A DNA stretch of 64,000 nucleotides from Schmidtea nova (taxonomy: Eukaryota), in assembly GCA_044892505.1 (NCBI GenBank), contig CM097883.1:45260001-45324000 (forward strand), given 5' to 3'. How positions within the stretch are numbered: the first letter of the stretch is position 1; each line of letters begins with the position of its first letter. Positions 36,290-50,242 of the stretch are shown in pieces. Both the position numbers and the translations under genes were made by a program. A model generated the notes under the pieces. The model did not search any database. It saw only the letters and a program-made list of their open reading frames with translations, and was not told where the DNA came from.

Positions 36290-36689
36290 GCCCTAAAAAC
36301 CAAAGAAATTTGATCTTTAGGCATACCATTCTGGAAATTATTGACAAAATTGTAGAATGTCTGATAATGCTGGGACCATTATCAAGAGCAATTGGAGCTT
36401 TAAAATGCAAATTTTCTTTAGGGCAATACGAATAGGAGGAGGTAAGCTCAAGACGCGCGTTATGAGAACGGGTCAAATCAATAAGAAAGTGTAATCCATT
36501 TCATATTCTTTTCGATTTATTTTCTTCTCCGTATACTTCTCACCGTTGTTGGCAATAAATCACAGTTTACATAGAGACGGGAGCCAATCAGAATTATCCC
36601 CTTATAAAATCGTAAATGCACAAAATTCGTAAATAACATCAAAACAAAAAAATCAATATATTAAATATATCAAAAGACAATACAAAGAT

Positions 36690-37831
36690 CTATTTATCGC
36701 CCCCGCATTCCTCCTCCTCTTCCTCGTCATCCTCATCACTTTCCCCAGATACGGAATCATCACCGGACACTTCGTTGTTAGCCTCCTCCAGCTCTGCCAA
36801 TCGTTTCTTCAAATTCTGCTCATCGTGATCCGATACGACTTTTGGCTGCACCAATCAATCAATCGACGAATGAAATCAATAATTACCGGTTCCAAAAGCT
36901 TAAATGAGCCTCTTTTCGCTTCAATTGCCTCCTGAATCACCCGAATCGCTTCATTGAGTGTCGATAATCCATTTGCTTTATCCAATGTTTGACAGGTCAT
37001 CATAAATTGCGGTGATTGAATGAGATTGATTTTGATTTCCAGCTCCTTTGTCGACAACTCCAATCCTCGACACAGCGCATATTTGATCGCATCGACACCT
37101 TCTGGTGTGAAACATGACACCTCGAAATCACTCCTGATTTTGACAGCCTGTGGCATCATCCTGCGGTGAATGTCGGCTAGTAATTTCTCCTTAATCGATG
37201 CTTCCAAATCGCATTCATCGAGCACTTCAGGATTCCTATTCCAACCGTTATACTCCATTTAATAGACCACAAATGCAACACATACGTAACGGCCTGCTTG
37301 AAAACATCGTAAGAAGCGCCTTTTCGGCAGTATTTCCTGTCGAAATGCCAAGCAGTTTTGTTGAATAAATCTTCAAGTTGCTCATCACTAGTGAAATGCA
37401 ATTCCTCTGCCAGTCGCCGGAGGATTTGATTAACAGTTTTTGAATTGGCGAATTTCTCTTCACATCGAGCAACTTCCTCGGCCGATACTTGCCGTTTAGA
37501 CAGATCAATGTATTCTTAAAATGGTTATTTTTTATTGTAATTATAGTATATATATATATCAAATATTTTCTGATTATATATGTTGCTACATACTTTTATC
37601 AGCGTCAACTCTTATGACAGACACGACTTCATTCCTACCAACTCGAAGGAGTTTGTTGACTGAGCGAATTCGTCTACGACTCAGTTCACTCAACAATATC
37701 ATACCTTCGATATTTTGATATTCTAGAAGACTGACATAAGCTCCCATAGCTTGAATGGATTTGACATTGACTACAACCACATCACCAATTTCTGGTAATT
37801 CGTTTTCATAATATCGGCATTTTAAGGCCAT
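36690..37831 (-). CDS. EIF2S1: Translation initiation factor eIF2 alpha, 323 aa (exons 37831-37594, 37514-37286, 37235-36887, 36845-36690)
   Basis: MALKCRYY...[15 protein letters not shown] (Ser51 loop intact), [22 protein letters not shown], acidic tail; GT-AG introns of 79, 50 and 41 nt keep the frame (972 nt total). Confidence 0.95.
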
Positions 37832-39216
37832 TTGACGAAATAACTGCAAATTACGATTATTATGATTATTTAAACAAATCGGTATTTTAATTTATAAAAA
37901 TATTTTTTTTTTAATCAATAATTTTCATATTAATAATTGTATGACTATAGATCAAATTTTTTTTGGTTGTTAGGTACCTAACTATTAAAAAAAATAATAA
38001 AATATAAATAAAAAACTAGATTATTATTAGTTCTTAAACTAAGAAAAATTATATTTTTAAAATTTTGTAAATGATTTCAATGTGAGGAAATGTCATTATA
38101 TGTGGCGAGCCGTTTGATGGTCTTACCGAAGTTTAAATCAATTCTATATGAAACAACTCTAGCCAATAGTGGCATGATATTCACATTAGCATATGATAAT
38201 ACTGGCATTCAATTTAGCCTTCTGATTCAATATATTCATCAGTGTTTGGTTAAAAGTGAATTAAACTGTCGTATGAATCCCCATATTAACCGCTTACAAT
38301 CACGTTTCCACTGGCTACCCATCACAAAACAACGTTGATACTGTCACACAATGGGTGGATACTCTCAAAAAGTAAGCACTACTTCAAGAACTGTAATTGC
38401 TCGAGTATCACAGTGGGTTCATGGGTTATCGAACGAAGACGTGCTATTTTACGGCCCTTTCACACTTAACTATCATTAAAAAGTTCATTATATCTATTTG
38501 ACAAATATTATGTAAATTAAATAATCAAGACACGAATTAAATCGAATATAACTACGTCACGTGATAAACAAAAATTTAAGCAAAATAATAGTTATTATTG
38601 TCAGGGTTAGAATGTAAACAACTAGGCAAACTTGATTCAGTTATCCTCTTTTTCTTCGTAATAAAACAAGTTCTTCCGTTATCAATTCAAGTTTATCCCT
38701 CTATTCACGTCCGTCCATTTATGACCTAAGATGAAAAGAATTATCAATTAATATAAGTTGGGAAGATTTATTAAAGATCTAACAGTAAAACTATTTTGTT
38801 ATCTAACTCTTGTTTAACTGCAACAGTTACTCATCAAGTAGAGATCATGCACGAAGTGAATTTAAATAATAAACAGGAAACATCAAATAAACAAAATTAA
38901 TAACAGAAACAGATAAAAGTGTTATAAACAAATTTAAAATGAAAGAAAACATCAAGTAAACACGTAAAAATCACAAAAACAACAGAAAAATAATAACTCC
39001 AAAAAATTGACCACAAATTAAGAAAATTCAAATATTTTATAGGATTATTTGTTTTTATAAATCTAAATATGTTGGGTCATTTTATTTAAACACGAGATCA
39101 GTGCAACCTCTGACGCCTCGTGTCTTTGTATTTATCGAAAGTCAATAACACCCAACATAGAACAATTTAATTTCACTAATGTAACAGATTATACGTCGTC
39201 AACAATTCAGTTGGGT

Positions 39217-40266
39217 TATTGGGTTGTTGGTGAAAATGGTAAAAGTTACCAATCAAATATCTGACTTCAAAACATACCTCTCAATTGAATCACAAATAAC
39301 AATTAACATTGGAAAACTTTATTGAGTATCACAAATATTTTCGATTTACACTGAAGTGACCAAAATTCAACAATTCAACAACTGATTTTACAGTGCTTAT
39401 TACAACACTATGGTGAAGAATAGCACTTTCGAATAATCTTAGTTTAAACAATCACTCACCACTGAGGGGTATAACAATTGGTAATTTGACTGGTTGTTTT
39501 CTAGATTTGACTTGGATTTTCACCGAAATTTACTCGGTTATTAACTGAATAGGTTCCTGCGGTTTATTCCTTTGTTTCGGATTCTACATTTTTTACTCTT
39601 CTTTAGATTTTCTCTTAAGTTTTCTGCTTCAAATTTTCTTCCTTATTCTCTTCAATTTCTCCAAATAAATATCTTCGTTTTGTCTTCTGTTTCGCCTGAC
39701 TTTGATCCTCTGTTCCAAGTATTTTCCACAATATTCTGTCTAACAATATTCTACTCTCCAAAATTCTCTCCAAAAATATTCTCATCTAACAATATTCTGT
39801 CTGCTTCTGCTGTGCTTCCTCCTTTTATATCTCGTCAGTTTGTGGTACTTAAATTTATCTGTCATTTTCCATTTTTCCTCCACATAATTCCCCGACCTTT
39901 TTCTTCAACGGAGTTATCTTTGACAGCTGTCAAGATATTCTCTGTTTTTCCTTTTTTGCCGATCTAGCCTGTTTTCTTTTCGTTTTCGTTATCTCTGTCA
40001 AGCTGTCGAGATAAGTACATTGTTGTTATTGTTGTTTTTCCTGATTTGAAATTCCTTTTCCTTTTGTACTAATTAATTAGTACTGACCTTTGTTTTTGTT
40101 TTCTTGTCTGATTTTTTTTGTCTGATTCCTCTTTCTTATTTCTTATTTCTTTTTATTTCCGTTTTCTTTTCCCTCTTCCCATTAACCGTCTCCTTCGTCA
40201 TGACGATTTTCCCCCAGGTAATTTTATTTATTTATTCATAAATTGGTTATTTAGGTATCCTCAACA
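39217..40266 (-). mobile_element. Solo LTR of the same Gypsy family as 21061-22061
   Basis: Colinear similarity from GGGTTGTTGGT..ACCAATCAAAT.TCTGAC to TTAGGTATCCTCAACA; no PBS or internal region adjacent. Confidence 0.75.
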
Positions 40267-40559
40267 ATTAGCACTTTCTTTTCGGTAGCGATTTTGTTAA
40301 ACGTAAGGCATGTAGCCAAAGAGGCAATCACCTTTTCTAGTATGTCTAATTTAAATAAGAATTTATTATACTGGTTGCTTTACTCACCTTTTCAAGTCTT
40401 TTTACAATTCCTTTCAATCCGCATCAATAATAATTTTAAGCTAACTTTCTTCGACCAACTGGCGGTTGACTCTTTTCTACTATTTCTTATACCATTTTCG
40501 AGAAATGATTATCTAAAATTGAGTAATAATTGATGAAAATCTTTGAGTTTAATTGTGAC

Positions 40560-40900
40560 AATAAAACTTAAATTGCATATCCTATACTAGAGTCTGGGGG
40601 GTTTTATCTTTTAATGTTTTAATAATTATCCAAATTTTGATCTCTCTGTTCTCCAATTCGCTGCGAGTTTTCCTCATCGCTCGTGTTTCCAATTGACTAA
40701 AGCTTTACAATGCTGATTAATAAATTTTTAATTAGTTTGTTTTCTCATCAAAACTTTAAGGACCCCTCTCTAAATTTCTATTATATTATTATTAGATTCT
40801 CTTTTTAAAATTTAGCTTTCAACCATATTCATTTCCCCAATCAATATTAATTTTCAATTTTTGATAAATTTAATTAATTTTTTTTCTCTCTTTTATTTAT
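40560..40900 (-). mobile_element. Fragment of the 5128-5891 LTR family
   Basis: Reverse complement contains CGAGCGATGAGGAAAACTCG and AGGGGTCC motifs shared with 5128-5891. Confidence 0.45.
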
Positions 40901-42053
40901 TGCAATTTGTTTCTTTTTGTACTGACCTCAGCAAAAAGTAAAATATTAAAAAAACAATGTAAATGAAGAATTTATAACAATATAATACACTGGTAAAAAC
41001 TTTGATTAATACTAAATATTTCTTCTAAACCTTCCGATGCCGATGCTGTTTGTGCAAATAGTGCATCTAGAATTGAAAGAGGTAGCCTGCGTTGATTGCC
41101 AGGAAGTAGCGTTACAATTTTTTCCAGACCCATTTCTCTATAATGGCAACGCTTATACACTCTCGTTCACCTGATTCTGTTGCGCTGATGCAAAAAGACG
41201 GTGTCTTGGCCAATAGCAGGATATTTTTCAAATTAAACTTATTTTTATTTAATATATAGTGTTGAAATAAAATTATTTACATAACATGCACTATTAATAT
41301 TGGATTAAAGACAAGAACAAATTAAAACTCGTATATTAAGTTTAAAAATCTATCATCTAATTGAACTATTTAATACGACATATTGTAAAGCATAGATAAT
41401 CTTTTGAAGTTTCTCTAGTGATCTTATATCATTATGAGATCAAAACAAAACCTTAAAAGATATCTTTATAAATTAATTTATCTGATAGCCATTTTAAAAT
41501 GGCTTAATAATCATAGACAAAAATATTTTCGAGTCACACGTAGGTTTACACACCTGCATGTAGTATAGATACTCTTATTGTATGAAACCAATGTATACAG
41601 CGCCGGATTTAGGCATAGGCGACATAGCGGCTATACCTAGAACGGCATTATTTCTGGGGGGGCAAAATTATGAAAAATTAAAACTTAAAAATATTTTTTA
41701 AGTTATGAAAATTATTTTTTTGTGCTTTGTGCTACTAATATCACTTTATATGATGCCACTCACGCCCCATAATTTCATCATTTTTGAAAAATTGAATATG
41801 AAGAAGTGTAGAATAAAATAAGTGTACCGTTATGTTCAAAATTGCTCAGAATGGTGGCGGCAAATTTAATTTTTTAAAGTCACGTAACACGTGGTTTAAC
41901 ACTCTTACTTAACTTATTACACCAATATTTTGGTCACTTCCGTTCAAAGATGTCTGCCTGGGTCTGACAGTCTGCTTTCTTATGTAGGTATCACTATTTC
42001 TTTATTTTTTAATATTTTAATATCATGGAAAATATCGGAAAATAAATAATATA

Positions 42054-42057
<4 letters not shown>

Positions 42058-42106
<49 letters not shown>
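42058..42106. repeat. (AT)n microsatellite
   Basis: Direct reading. Confidence 0.9.
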
Positions 42107-42111
<5 letters not shown>

Positions 42112-42172
42112 TATTAATTAATAAAAATAAAATCAAAAATTTGTTAAAGTTTCATTAATGTATTTTCTAATT

Positions 42173-42916
42173 TTACAGTTTATACCTAAATCGAGCAAAA
42201 ACCGTTTGGAAGGTATTTTTATTTCTATCAAACAATGTTTTTATCAAAGAAGCGAGCAACTTGAGTTTGTGGTCACTAAATTGTTGTTTGTAATGAACAC
42301 AACGTAAAAGAGTAGAAATAGGCTCTCTGTGATTTGTTTGGCCATTGGTTTGAGATCCAGAAAACCAGCGCGCTTCAGGGATCTTGATGTCGTTATTGAG
42401 CTTGAATGTCAAGCTTTGCTCTGAAGACAAACTCCAATACGATAAGATGAGTTCGACAATATACTGCTCAGCGATCGGCAAACTATCCAAAGAAAAGGTT
42501 TCAGTTCCAGATCGCTGTGGAATATAGAATTTAGATGCTATCATTTGAAATGTTGCATGAATGTCATCACATTGTATTGGAAATAGAACAAATCCTTTCT
42601 CGTTTAATGTCAATAATGGCTCATTTCGGTCTAATATTTCACCTCTCCCAACTTCCCAAAATTTCATCGATAATTCTGGAATGTTGAGCCCACATTGATT
42701 TGAATAATACCTTTTATTGCATCTCAAACAGTTCGGTTGATCACAATATTCACAATGAAATATCATATTATCGTTTTGAACAACTTTCATAACTCTGAAA
42801 TGAAATCTAAAAATTCCAAGGCTCCAGCAAACTTTTAAAATTCCCCCAATTTTTAATGAATAGCCCGAATCCAAATTTCCAAGTTGGAACCAGTTAATAA
42901 TCGAATAAATCTCCAA
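42173..42916 (-). CDS. Hypothetical protein or terminal exon (up to 247 aa) with a Cys cluster
   Basis: Long stop-free frame in AT-rich DNA; HCEYCDQPNCLRC...C cluster; possible acceptor TTTCAG before the first ATG; no family recognised. Confidence 0.45.
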   Translation of the reverse strand: MEIYSIINWFQLGNLDSGYSLKIGGILKVCWSLGIFRFHFRVMKVVQNDNMIFHCEYCDQPNCLRCNKRYYSNQCGLNIPELSMKFWEVGRGEILDRNEPLLTLNEKGFVLFPIQCDDIHATFQMIASKFYIPQRSGTETFSLDSLPIAEQYIVELILSYWSLSSEQSLTFKLNNDIKIPEARWFSGSQTNGQTNHREPISTLLRCVHYKQQFSDHKLKLLASLIKTLFDRNKNTFQTVFARFRYKL

Positions 42917-43641
42917 AAATCATTTAAAATATCCCAAAAAATCCAAATAATTCAAATACTCTCGAAACCCAATGAAATCTCTAACAAAGCATCAATTAAT
43001 AATTACCCAGCAAACTTTTTAAAAATTCCCCCAATTTTTTTGAAAAACTAGCCCGAATAAACAATTCTAGCATATCTAGAAAATCAATTTAAATTCCAAA
43101 ATAATTATATCAAAAGGAATCCGAACAAAACGCGCACACGGACGCGACAGAGAAAAGAAGACAGATAAAACATGAAGCGCACACAGACGCGAGTAGTTAG
43201 CAATTAAACTACGCACACACAGGCGCAATTAAATCACAAATTAATAAGCGCTGCAATTCGCGCACACAGATGATAAATAGCCAAAGTTTGTTCAGGCAAA
43301 CTTTGGCTGAAACAATACCCATCAAGCGCACCCGTTTATCTGGAGCACTTTATATGAAGAAAATGAATGCAAAAAAATCGTTCATAGAATTACAGAAATG
43401 ATCTATTTTTAAATTTTTACCAAAACATAATGAATTGCTTAGCAGTGATGAAGAGTCAGAACTGTCAAATAACTCAGTTTCTAACGAATTAATTATTAGG
43501 AAGTACATATCACCATCGAAATCAAATGGAAGCGATATTAATTGCAACATACTGTGTTCTTCAGCAGAGGTTAAACAGACTTAATTCATTCCTAAGATAT
43601 TTTCAATAAAATTCGAGATTGATGACATTGATGTCATTGAA

Positions 43642-45000
43642 ATGGCAGAAGCTCAAGCAGTGCAAGAAATTGAAGATCCTGCTTATGAACATGGAAATGC
43701 AAGTTTGAATTTAACAAAATTAGATTCAGATATAATAGAGGATTCTGGTAAATGGCCAAATATACATAATAATATTTGTTGTTTTCTTATTCAGCATGAT
43801 CCAAAACATATCAAATTAGAGTCTGGTTATCCAAAAGATGAAAGTGGAAGACAATTTTCTAATTACTGTTATATACACAAACTGGCTAACGGAGAAACCT
43901 TAAAAAGGCCATGGTTAATGTATTCCACGCCAGTGCATAAGGTATATTGTTTTTGCTGCAAAGTACATAACAGGAGTAAATCCATCTTAATAGTTGTGAC
44001 TGGAAAAATATGTAATGTATATTACAACACCTTGAAAAATCACCCTAAATCATTTAAGCAGTTATCATGATTGAAAAGAAGTAAAATGAGGATTGCAAAT
44101 AATAAAACCATTGATGATCTGAACCAGCGCCTTCTAAATCGTCAAATAAAACACTGGAAGGATGTATTAGAAAGAATAATATCTTTGGTCAGAGTACATG
44201 GAGTTTAAAATTTACCCTTGAGAGAGCAGTCTGATCGGTTATATACGCCTCATAATGGTAACTTTTTGAAATTTGTTGAAGTTATTGCTGAATTTGATCC
44301 GATAATGAAAGAACATATAAAATGTATAAAATCAGATGAAATTCATGACCATTATTTAGGGGAAAATATTCAGAATGAGAATTTTTTAACTTTTGAGTAA
44401 AAAGGTAAAACAGGAAGTGATAAATAATTTAACAAATGCAAAAGATTACGCACACCAGACGTCAGCCATAAAGAACTGATGACAATGATTGTTAGATTTG
44501 TTACAGCAAATGAAGCAACTACTGATAAACCTTCAGAATATTTTATCGGATTCGAAGAAGTTGAAAATTCTACAGGTGCAAGTATGGTGGAGATTTTACT
44601 TAAAGAACTATCAAATTCAGGAATTTTTCAAGATGATATGAGGGGATAAGGCTATGATAATGGAACGAACATGCGGGGAATAAATAATGGTGTTAAAGAG
44701 TTAGAGAGTTAGAGAGCTAAATCGAAGAGTCTTTTTGTCCCGAGCAATTCAAATTCATTGAATTTGGTGGTTAATGATGCTATAAACTGTTGCTGTAAGT
44801 TACAGCCTGTAACTTTCTTTTGATTTAATTCAAAATATATATACTTTTTGTTTCTGCATCAACTCATCGCTGGAATGTATTGCTAGAGCATATCAAAAAC
44901 AAAGAAGCTGCAGGTTTAACTGTTAAAAGTTATGCGCAACACGTTGGGAAAGTCGAGTAAATGTTCTGAAGGTAATTCGATACCAAACATTTAGAAATAG
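43642..45000 (+). pseudogene. hAT transposase (ZMYM1-like), decayed
   Basis: RPWLMYS..KVYCFCCK, HNGNFLKFVE..AEFD, IQNE, GYDNGTNMRG, HSLNLVVNDA-like remnant, STHRW motifs with stops and frameshifts. Confidence 0.8.
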
Positions 45001-47460
45001 AATAAAAATCCTAAAAATTGTTATGTCGTTCCGCGAGCGAGTAGAACATCCCTAAAACCGCTGCTGGATATTTTATAGATCATTTATAATATCTTCATAC
45101 TGTTTATTCTTAACCTTACGCACATATCCTGTCAATTTGACTAATATATTCCATTTTAACGTTCGCAGTGATACTTTCATCGATAATTAGCTCCAAAGAG
45201 CCCATCTAGACCATCTTTATTATAAATTTATTAAATAAAATTTATTCACTTACTTGATATAGTTACATTCATTTTCACGAAGTATTTATCTTTTATCTCA
45301 TATCAAGTGAACGGAATTATTTCCTGGTCTCTATATTGGGGGGGTCCGTAACTCGCGCACAATTCTTATGGTACTGTCTAACATTTACGATAATGATTCT
45401 TGTTCACTTCCAGTTGATATTAGTATTTTCAATTGACTAAATTCGGTTCGTTCTATACTACTACTAAATCGAATAAATTCTATATTTCCGCTCGTTTGCT
45501 TTTAAATGATGTTTCGTAATTAAATAAAAGGAGCAACTGAACAAAATACTCTTGCTCGTGGGAACTCCGCGAATCTCCTGCATCCTGAGTGGTTATGGCG
45601 CATGCAGAGTATTTGTCGCTATTTATGTGATGTATTGTTTATTATATTATAAGTATACCATGAGTATTGTTCTAATGTTTTATTGAAATGTGATATACTT
45701 GAAAGAAGATCTGCTGAGCCCATCAGAGTCTCTTGTAAAAATTGTCTCAGGACTGCTGGGGTGCGTGTTGTGTATTTGTGTGCTTGAGTGCGCGTGTGTA
45801 TGTTCATGTTATATTATCAAACCACGAATAACAAATTATCAATCAATAACTTTAAAAAATTTATTTACTAAAACACAACAAAATAGAAGAATGTATACTC
45901 ACAAATTGTTGTTGAATAAAAAATTGTAGGATTATTTCTGTTTAATTATCTTAGTTTTTTTACTTTTTATTCTTCTTTTTAACTTGACAATTTCTTTTCT
46001 TCCTTTCAGTTTCTCTCTTTATTATTCCAATAGACTTTTTATTTTCTGGTTAACTCTATAGTTTCTCTAGTAGTTTTTATCGATTTCTTTTTAATTTTCA
46101 GCCTTTTTAATTATTTTCTATAGTATTTTATTTGATTTTGTGTCGTCATGGCAACGCCTATAGCTATTAATGTTTCCAATATAGCTATTAAATTTTTATT
46201 TAAATTTTTAAATATTCTTTGAATATTTAATTTTTATTATTTCAGCAAGTCTGTCAACTTACCATAAAATAAATAATAAAAAATAAATAGTAAAAAAATA
46301 ATACAGAAGCATCTCGAAAATAACATATTAGCAACTAAGGGGTCACTATGGGCTTGAAAGAAGAATACAAATAATAATAGCAATAATAGTCATAACAATA
46401 ATTCAACCCCAACAACGCATTATGTAGGGAGTTAAGCGACAAAGAGTGCACCGGGCAGACAAAAGCATCAATGCCATTACCTAACATCCTCTATTAAGGG
46501 AGTCAGACAAAAGCCTAACGAAGCGAGTACTAAACCAACAATCGAATGGTGGGTCTGTGACAAAAATATCGTTTTAACAAATTATGTTATAGTTTTAACT
46601 TTTAGGAAAATTTGATAGAAATCACAAAGTTTAAATTATGATAAAAGTTTTATTTTGCTAAGACAAATACAAAACAACGTCAAAATAAAAATATAAAACT
46701 AAAACATATAAATGGCTCGACCTCACAGGGGTATAATCCGGATGTGAGCATTGAAATAAGGATAACAAGCAGACTATCAAACCGTACATATCTATAATAT
46801 ATTTTGTGATGAGCGGTTGATAGAACTTATCCGACTTGTTTCTTTATCGAATAATAGACCGTTTCTTTGAATCAAGTTAAAACCAACCTCTGCTAAACGT
46901 GGTTTTGACCTGATATTTTATCAGGAGGTGGTTTAAACCTGAAGCTGATACCTTTTCGATATGACGGTGCGGGGGCGTTTTAGACCTGATCCGATTCTTC
47001 TTTCTTTTAAACAGTCGTAGTGCTTCTTCTTCAAAAATGCAAATGCAAATGCGAGTGTTATAACAATTTCCTAAAAATGGAAACGAAATTAAAAATAATC
47101 ACGGAAGTGGCACGTGTTTTCATTGATGTGTTAAAACAAATGTGTAAGGTCTTTTTTGCAAATTAATTTATTATTTTCCATAAAACAACTATTTTATTTA
47201 ATTTACAAAATAATTCTAAGCAAAATTTAAACAAAAGATTAAAAACTTCAGTTTGTTGCCCAACATCAGCCACAGCAACAAAAACACAAACAATCACAAA
47301 ACCCATTCCACCAGACTCTTATTGAAATATTATTATTATCTCAAAGCAATGAAAACTTTATTTTATTTTTATAAAAATCTAAAATTTAGTTTTTTTTAAA
47401 AATTTTTATCACAACGTCGACACAATTTCAAATTTTTTTCCTTTGCGAAGATTAACCTAA

Positions 47461-47780
47461 TGTTGGGGTTTAATGAAATTAGTAAAATAAAAAAATAAAA
47501 AGCAACAAAACTTAGCGAAATCAATAAAAATATAAAATTTTAAAAGTAATAATTAAATCATGGAAATTAATTAAACATTTATAAAATTTATAAATAAAGA
47601 ATTAGCGGCGAAATTAGTATGGGGTTATGCCAAATCGTGGGATGAATCCAAAAATGGTAAAAAAATCTGTGGGGGTCCCCAAAAGAAAAGAATTAAAAAT
47701 TAATAAATAAACAAATCAATTAATTGGCTAATGGAAAACCTGAGCTAATGGGGAACTCGAGTAGTGTGGGAAACCCGGAC
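47461..47780 (+). mobile_element. 5' fragment of the 5128-5891 LTR family
   Basis: Starts TGTTGGGGTT; shares GCCAAATC..GA.GAA.CCAAAA and GGGTCCCC.AAAG motifs. Confidence 0.55.
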
Positions 47781-47942
47781 ACTTTGCCTCTTTCTCTACA
47801 ATGATTGATGAGATTACCCTGATGATTAATTAATTAGTATTTTTGCTCCAGCCCATCCAAGGGACCCCAATATATTTAAAATTATTTAATTCGTTTTCAA
47901 CTTTCAATTTGCCATCGATAGCCACTTTTTCATCTGAAAATA

Positions 47943-50083
47943 CAGTGGATTCCGGTTAATTGGGACACAACGGGACAGGAAAATTTATCCCAAATATACA
48001 GGTGTCCCAAATATACAAAATGTGTATCTTATAGCAAAAAATATATACAAAAAAATATTTAACAAAAAAAATATCATTAAAATAGCAACTGATATATTTA
48101 TAATTAACATACAATATTTAAAAAGGCTACATGAAAAATTTCCGAATATTTACTATTATAGCCGGCTTATATATTTATCCAGTGTACTTTGTCGTTTCTT
48201 TTTTAAAAACTTCAGATGAACAAAGTCAGAACATAAATCTAATGCGGGTAGCGGGCTTCCTTCATTTCCATTTTGCATAAAATAATGTCGTAACTTTTCA
48301 ATACACTCTGCAGCCTCGCTATTCCTCACACTAACAAATTCATCTTTTAACTCTCCATTATTCTCAGTTTTAAGAGGTGATTCTATTTCATCGTGAACAA
48401 TCATTTCCATGATATCATCTTCATAATTTTCGTTTTTATCATAACACTCAAGATTCTGATCAATATTCAAATATTCATCGCAGTTTTGGATGTTAAGTAA
48501 TGCGCTCATGTTACTTGGTTCTTCGACGTAGAATTGTGGAGCTTCAATTTCCGATTTTTTAAAACCACAATGGGAAAAACAATTCATTATCGTTTCCTTT
48601 TTAATATTTCGCCACCCTTGAGTTATGAAATGAATTGCCTGTAGAACATCAATCTTCGTACTAATTTCTTTTGCGCTTGTTGTGGAATTTATTAAATTTT
48701 TATCAATTATATCAAGTATGTGCATAATCAAATTTTCACGGTAGAACAACTTTAAATTCCGAATTATTCCCATATCTAGCGGTTGGATCAGAGACGTGGT
48801 ATTGGGTGGAAGGTACTCTAGCTTAATATTGGTCAAACAACCCAAGGATGGATGGGAAGTACAATTGTCCAATACCAACAGAATTTTCCTGTTGGAAATT
48901 TGCAGTTCCTTGTCCCAATCGATCAACCACTTCATAAAAATTGTCGATGTCATCCATGCTTTTTTGTTTGCGAAATATGAAACTGGTAAATTTTGAAGAT
49001 TTAAACCTTTAAAATATCGCGGGGATATACTCTTACCGATTATCAATAGTTTTTTCTTATCACAACCAATCATATTTACACAACACAATACAGTAATACG
49101 ATCCATCGCCTTTTTACAGCCAGAAATATGCGAAAATTCATAACAAAGAGAACCATCTGGGGTGGCCCTATACAAAACCCCGGTTTCATCTGCATTGTAT
49201 ATGTCAACGGGGTCGTATTGCTCTAAAATTTCAGGCAAACGATTAGATTTCCAATCTTCTGCCCCACATTTATCCACACTCTCTTTCTCCCCGTGCCTTT
49301 TCTTGTACTTTATTTTATGCTTTGCTTTCCATCGTGATAGCCAACCGTCCGTAGCAACAAAATTATCAAATCCCATTTTTTTAGCAAATTCTTCTGCCTT
49401 AGACTTCTGCCTTAGACTTCAACATATGACAATTTATGGAAATGCCTCTTGCCAGGATCAATGAAAACCATTGTTTGAGTGCATTTTCCACCTTTGGGTT
49501 TTTTCCTTTCCGATTTCTTTTCTTCAATTTCGAATGTTTCTTCGACAATATATTCCATTCGTCCATCAAATCGTCTTTGCTAGCAATTAAACGGCACATT
49601 GTAGATTTCGAAATACCGGCAATCACAGCAAGTTGCCGTATGCTTGTTGTTTTGGGTGTATCTTTTATCTTTTCAAGGATTTCGATCTTTTGCGCTAATG
49701 TCACATCCTTTCTTTTCATGTTGGGAGCTTTTAAAATATGATTATATTTTACGAACTTTATTATCAAATGTTAGTTTTTGTTATCTTTTATTTGATCAAT
49801 ACTTTTATTTAAATGTTATCTGTTAGCTATTGATTTTTTTAATTTAAATTTTTGTTAAACAACTTATGAGTATTTTTTTAACCCGCCAAAAGTTTTTATG
49901 TTTAAATTATCCATTCTATTATATACGCCCAAACAATCAATTGTCCCGTTTATACGGGATGCTGTCCCGTTTAAAATAATAAAATTAGAATGTATACTGC
50001 ATATTTGTTTCGGGACTTAAGAAAATGTCCCAATAAGACAGTTGTCCTAATTATACGGTGTCCCAATTAACCGAAATCCACTG
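47943..50083 (-). mobile_element. Complete Tigger/pogo transposon (TIGD-like), 2141 bp, frameshifted by a 13-bp tandem duplication
   Basis: TA TSDs; TIRs CAGTGGATTCCGGTTAATTGGGACAC / GTGTCCCAATTAACCGAAATCCACTG; HTH ORF 49767-49399 and DDE ORF 49376-48156 (YNADETG, LVLDNCTSH, QPLDMGII); CTTCTGCCTTAGA repeated at 49391-49416. Confidence 0.95.
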
Positions 50084-50156
50084 TATTAATTTTTATCCTT
50101 TTTAAAAATTTAATTAATGTTTAATTAATTTTCAACTTTTCCATTTTTCTTGAATT

Positions 50157-50157
<1 letters not shown>

Positions 50158-50241
<84 letters not shown>
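50158..50241. repeat. (AAT)n microsatellite
   Basis: Direct reading; explains the poly-N/I/L ORFs. Confidence 0.95.

Positions 50242-50242
<1 letters not shown>

Noticed and set aside
40972-41220. Possible exon or short gene
   Set aside because: Short, no recognisable motif and no convincing splice context.
45020-46414. Possible solo LTR (TGTTATG...CCCCAACA)
   Set aside because: No TSD and no clear homology to the other LTRs in the window; boundaries unsupported.
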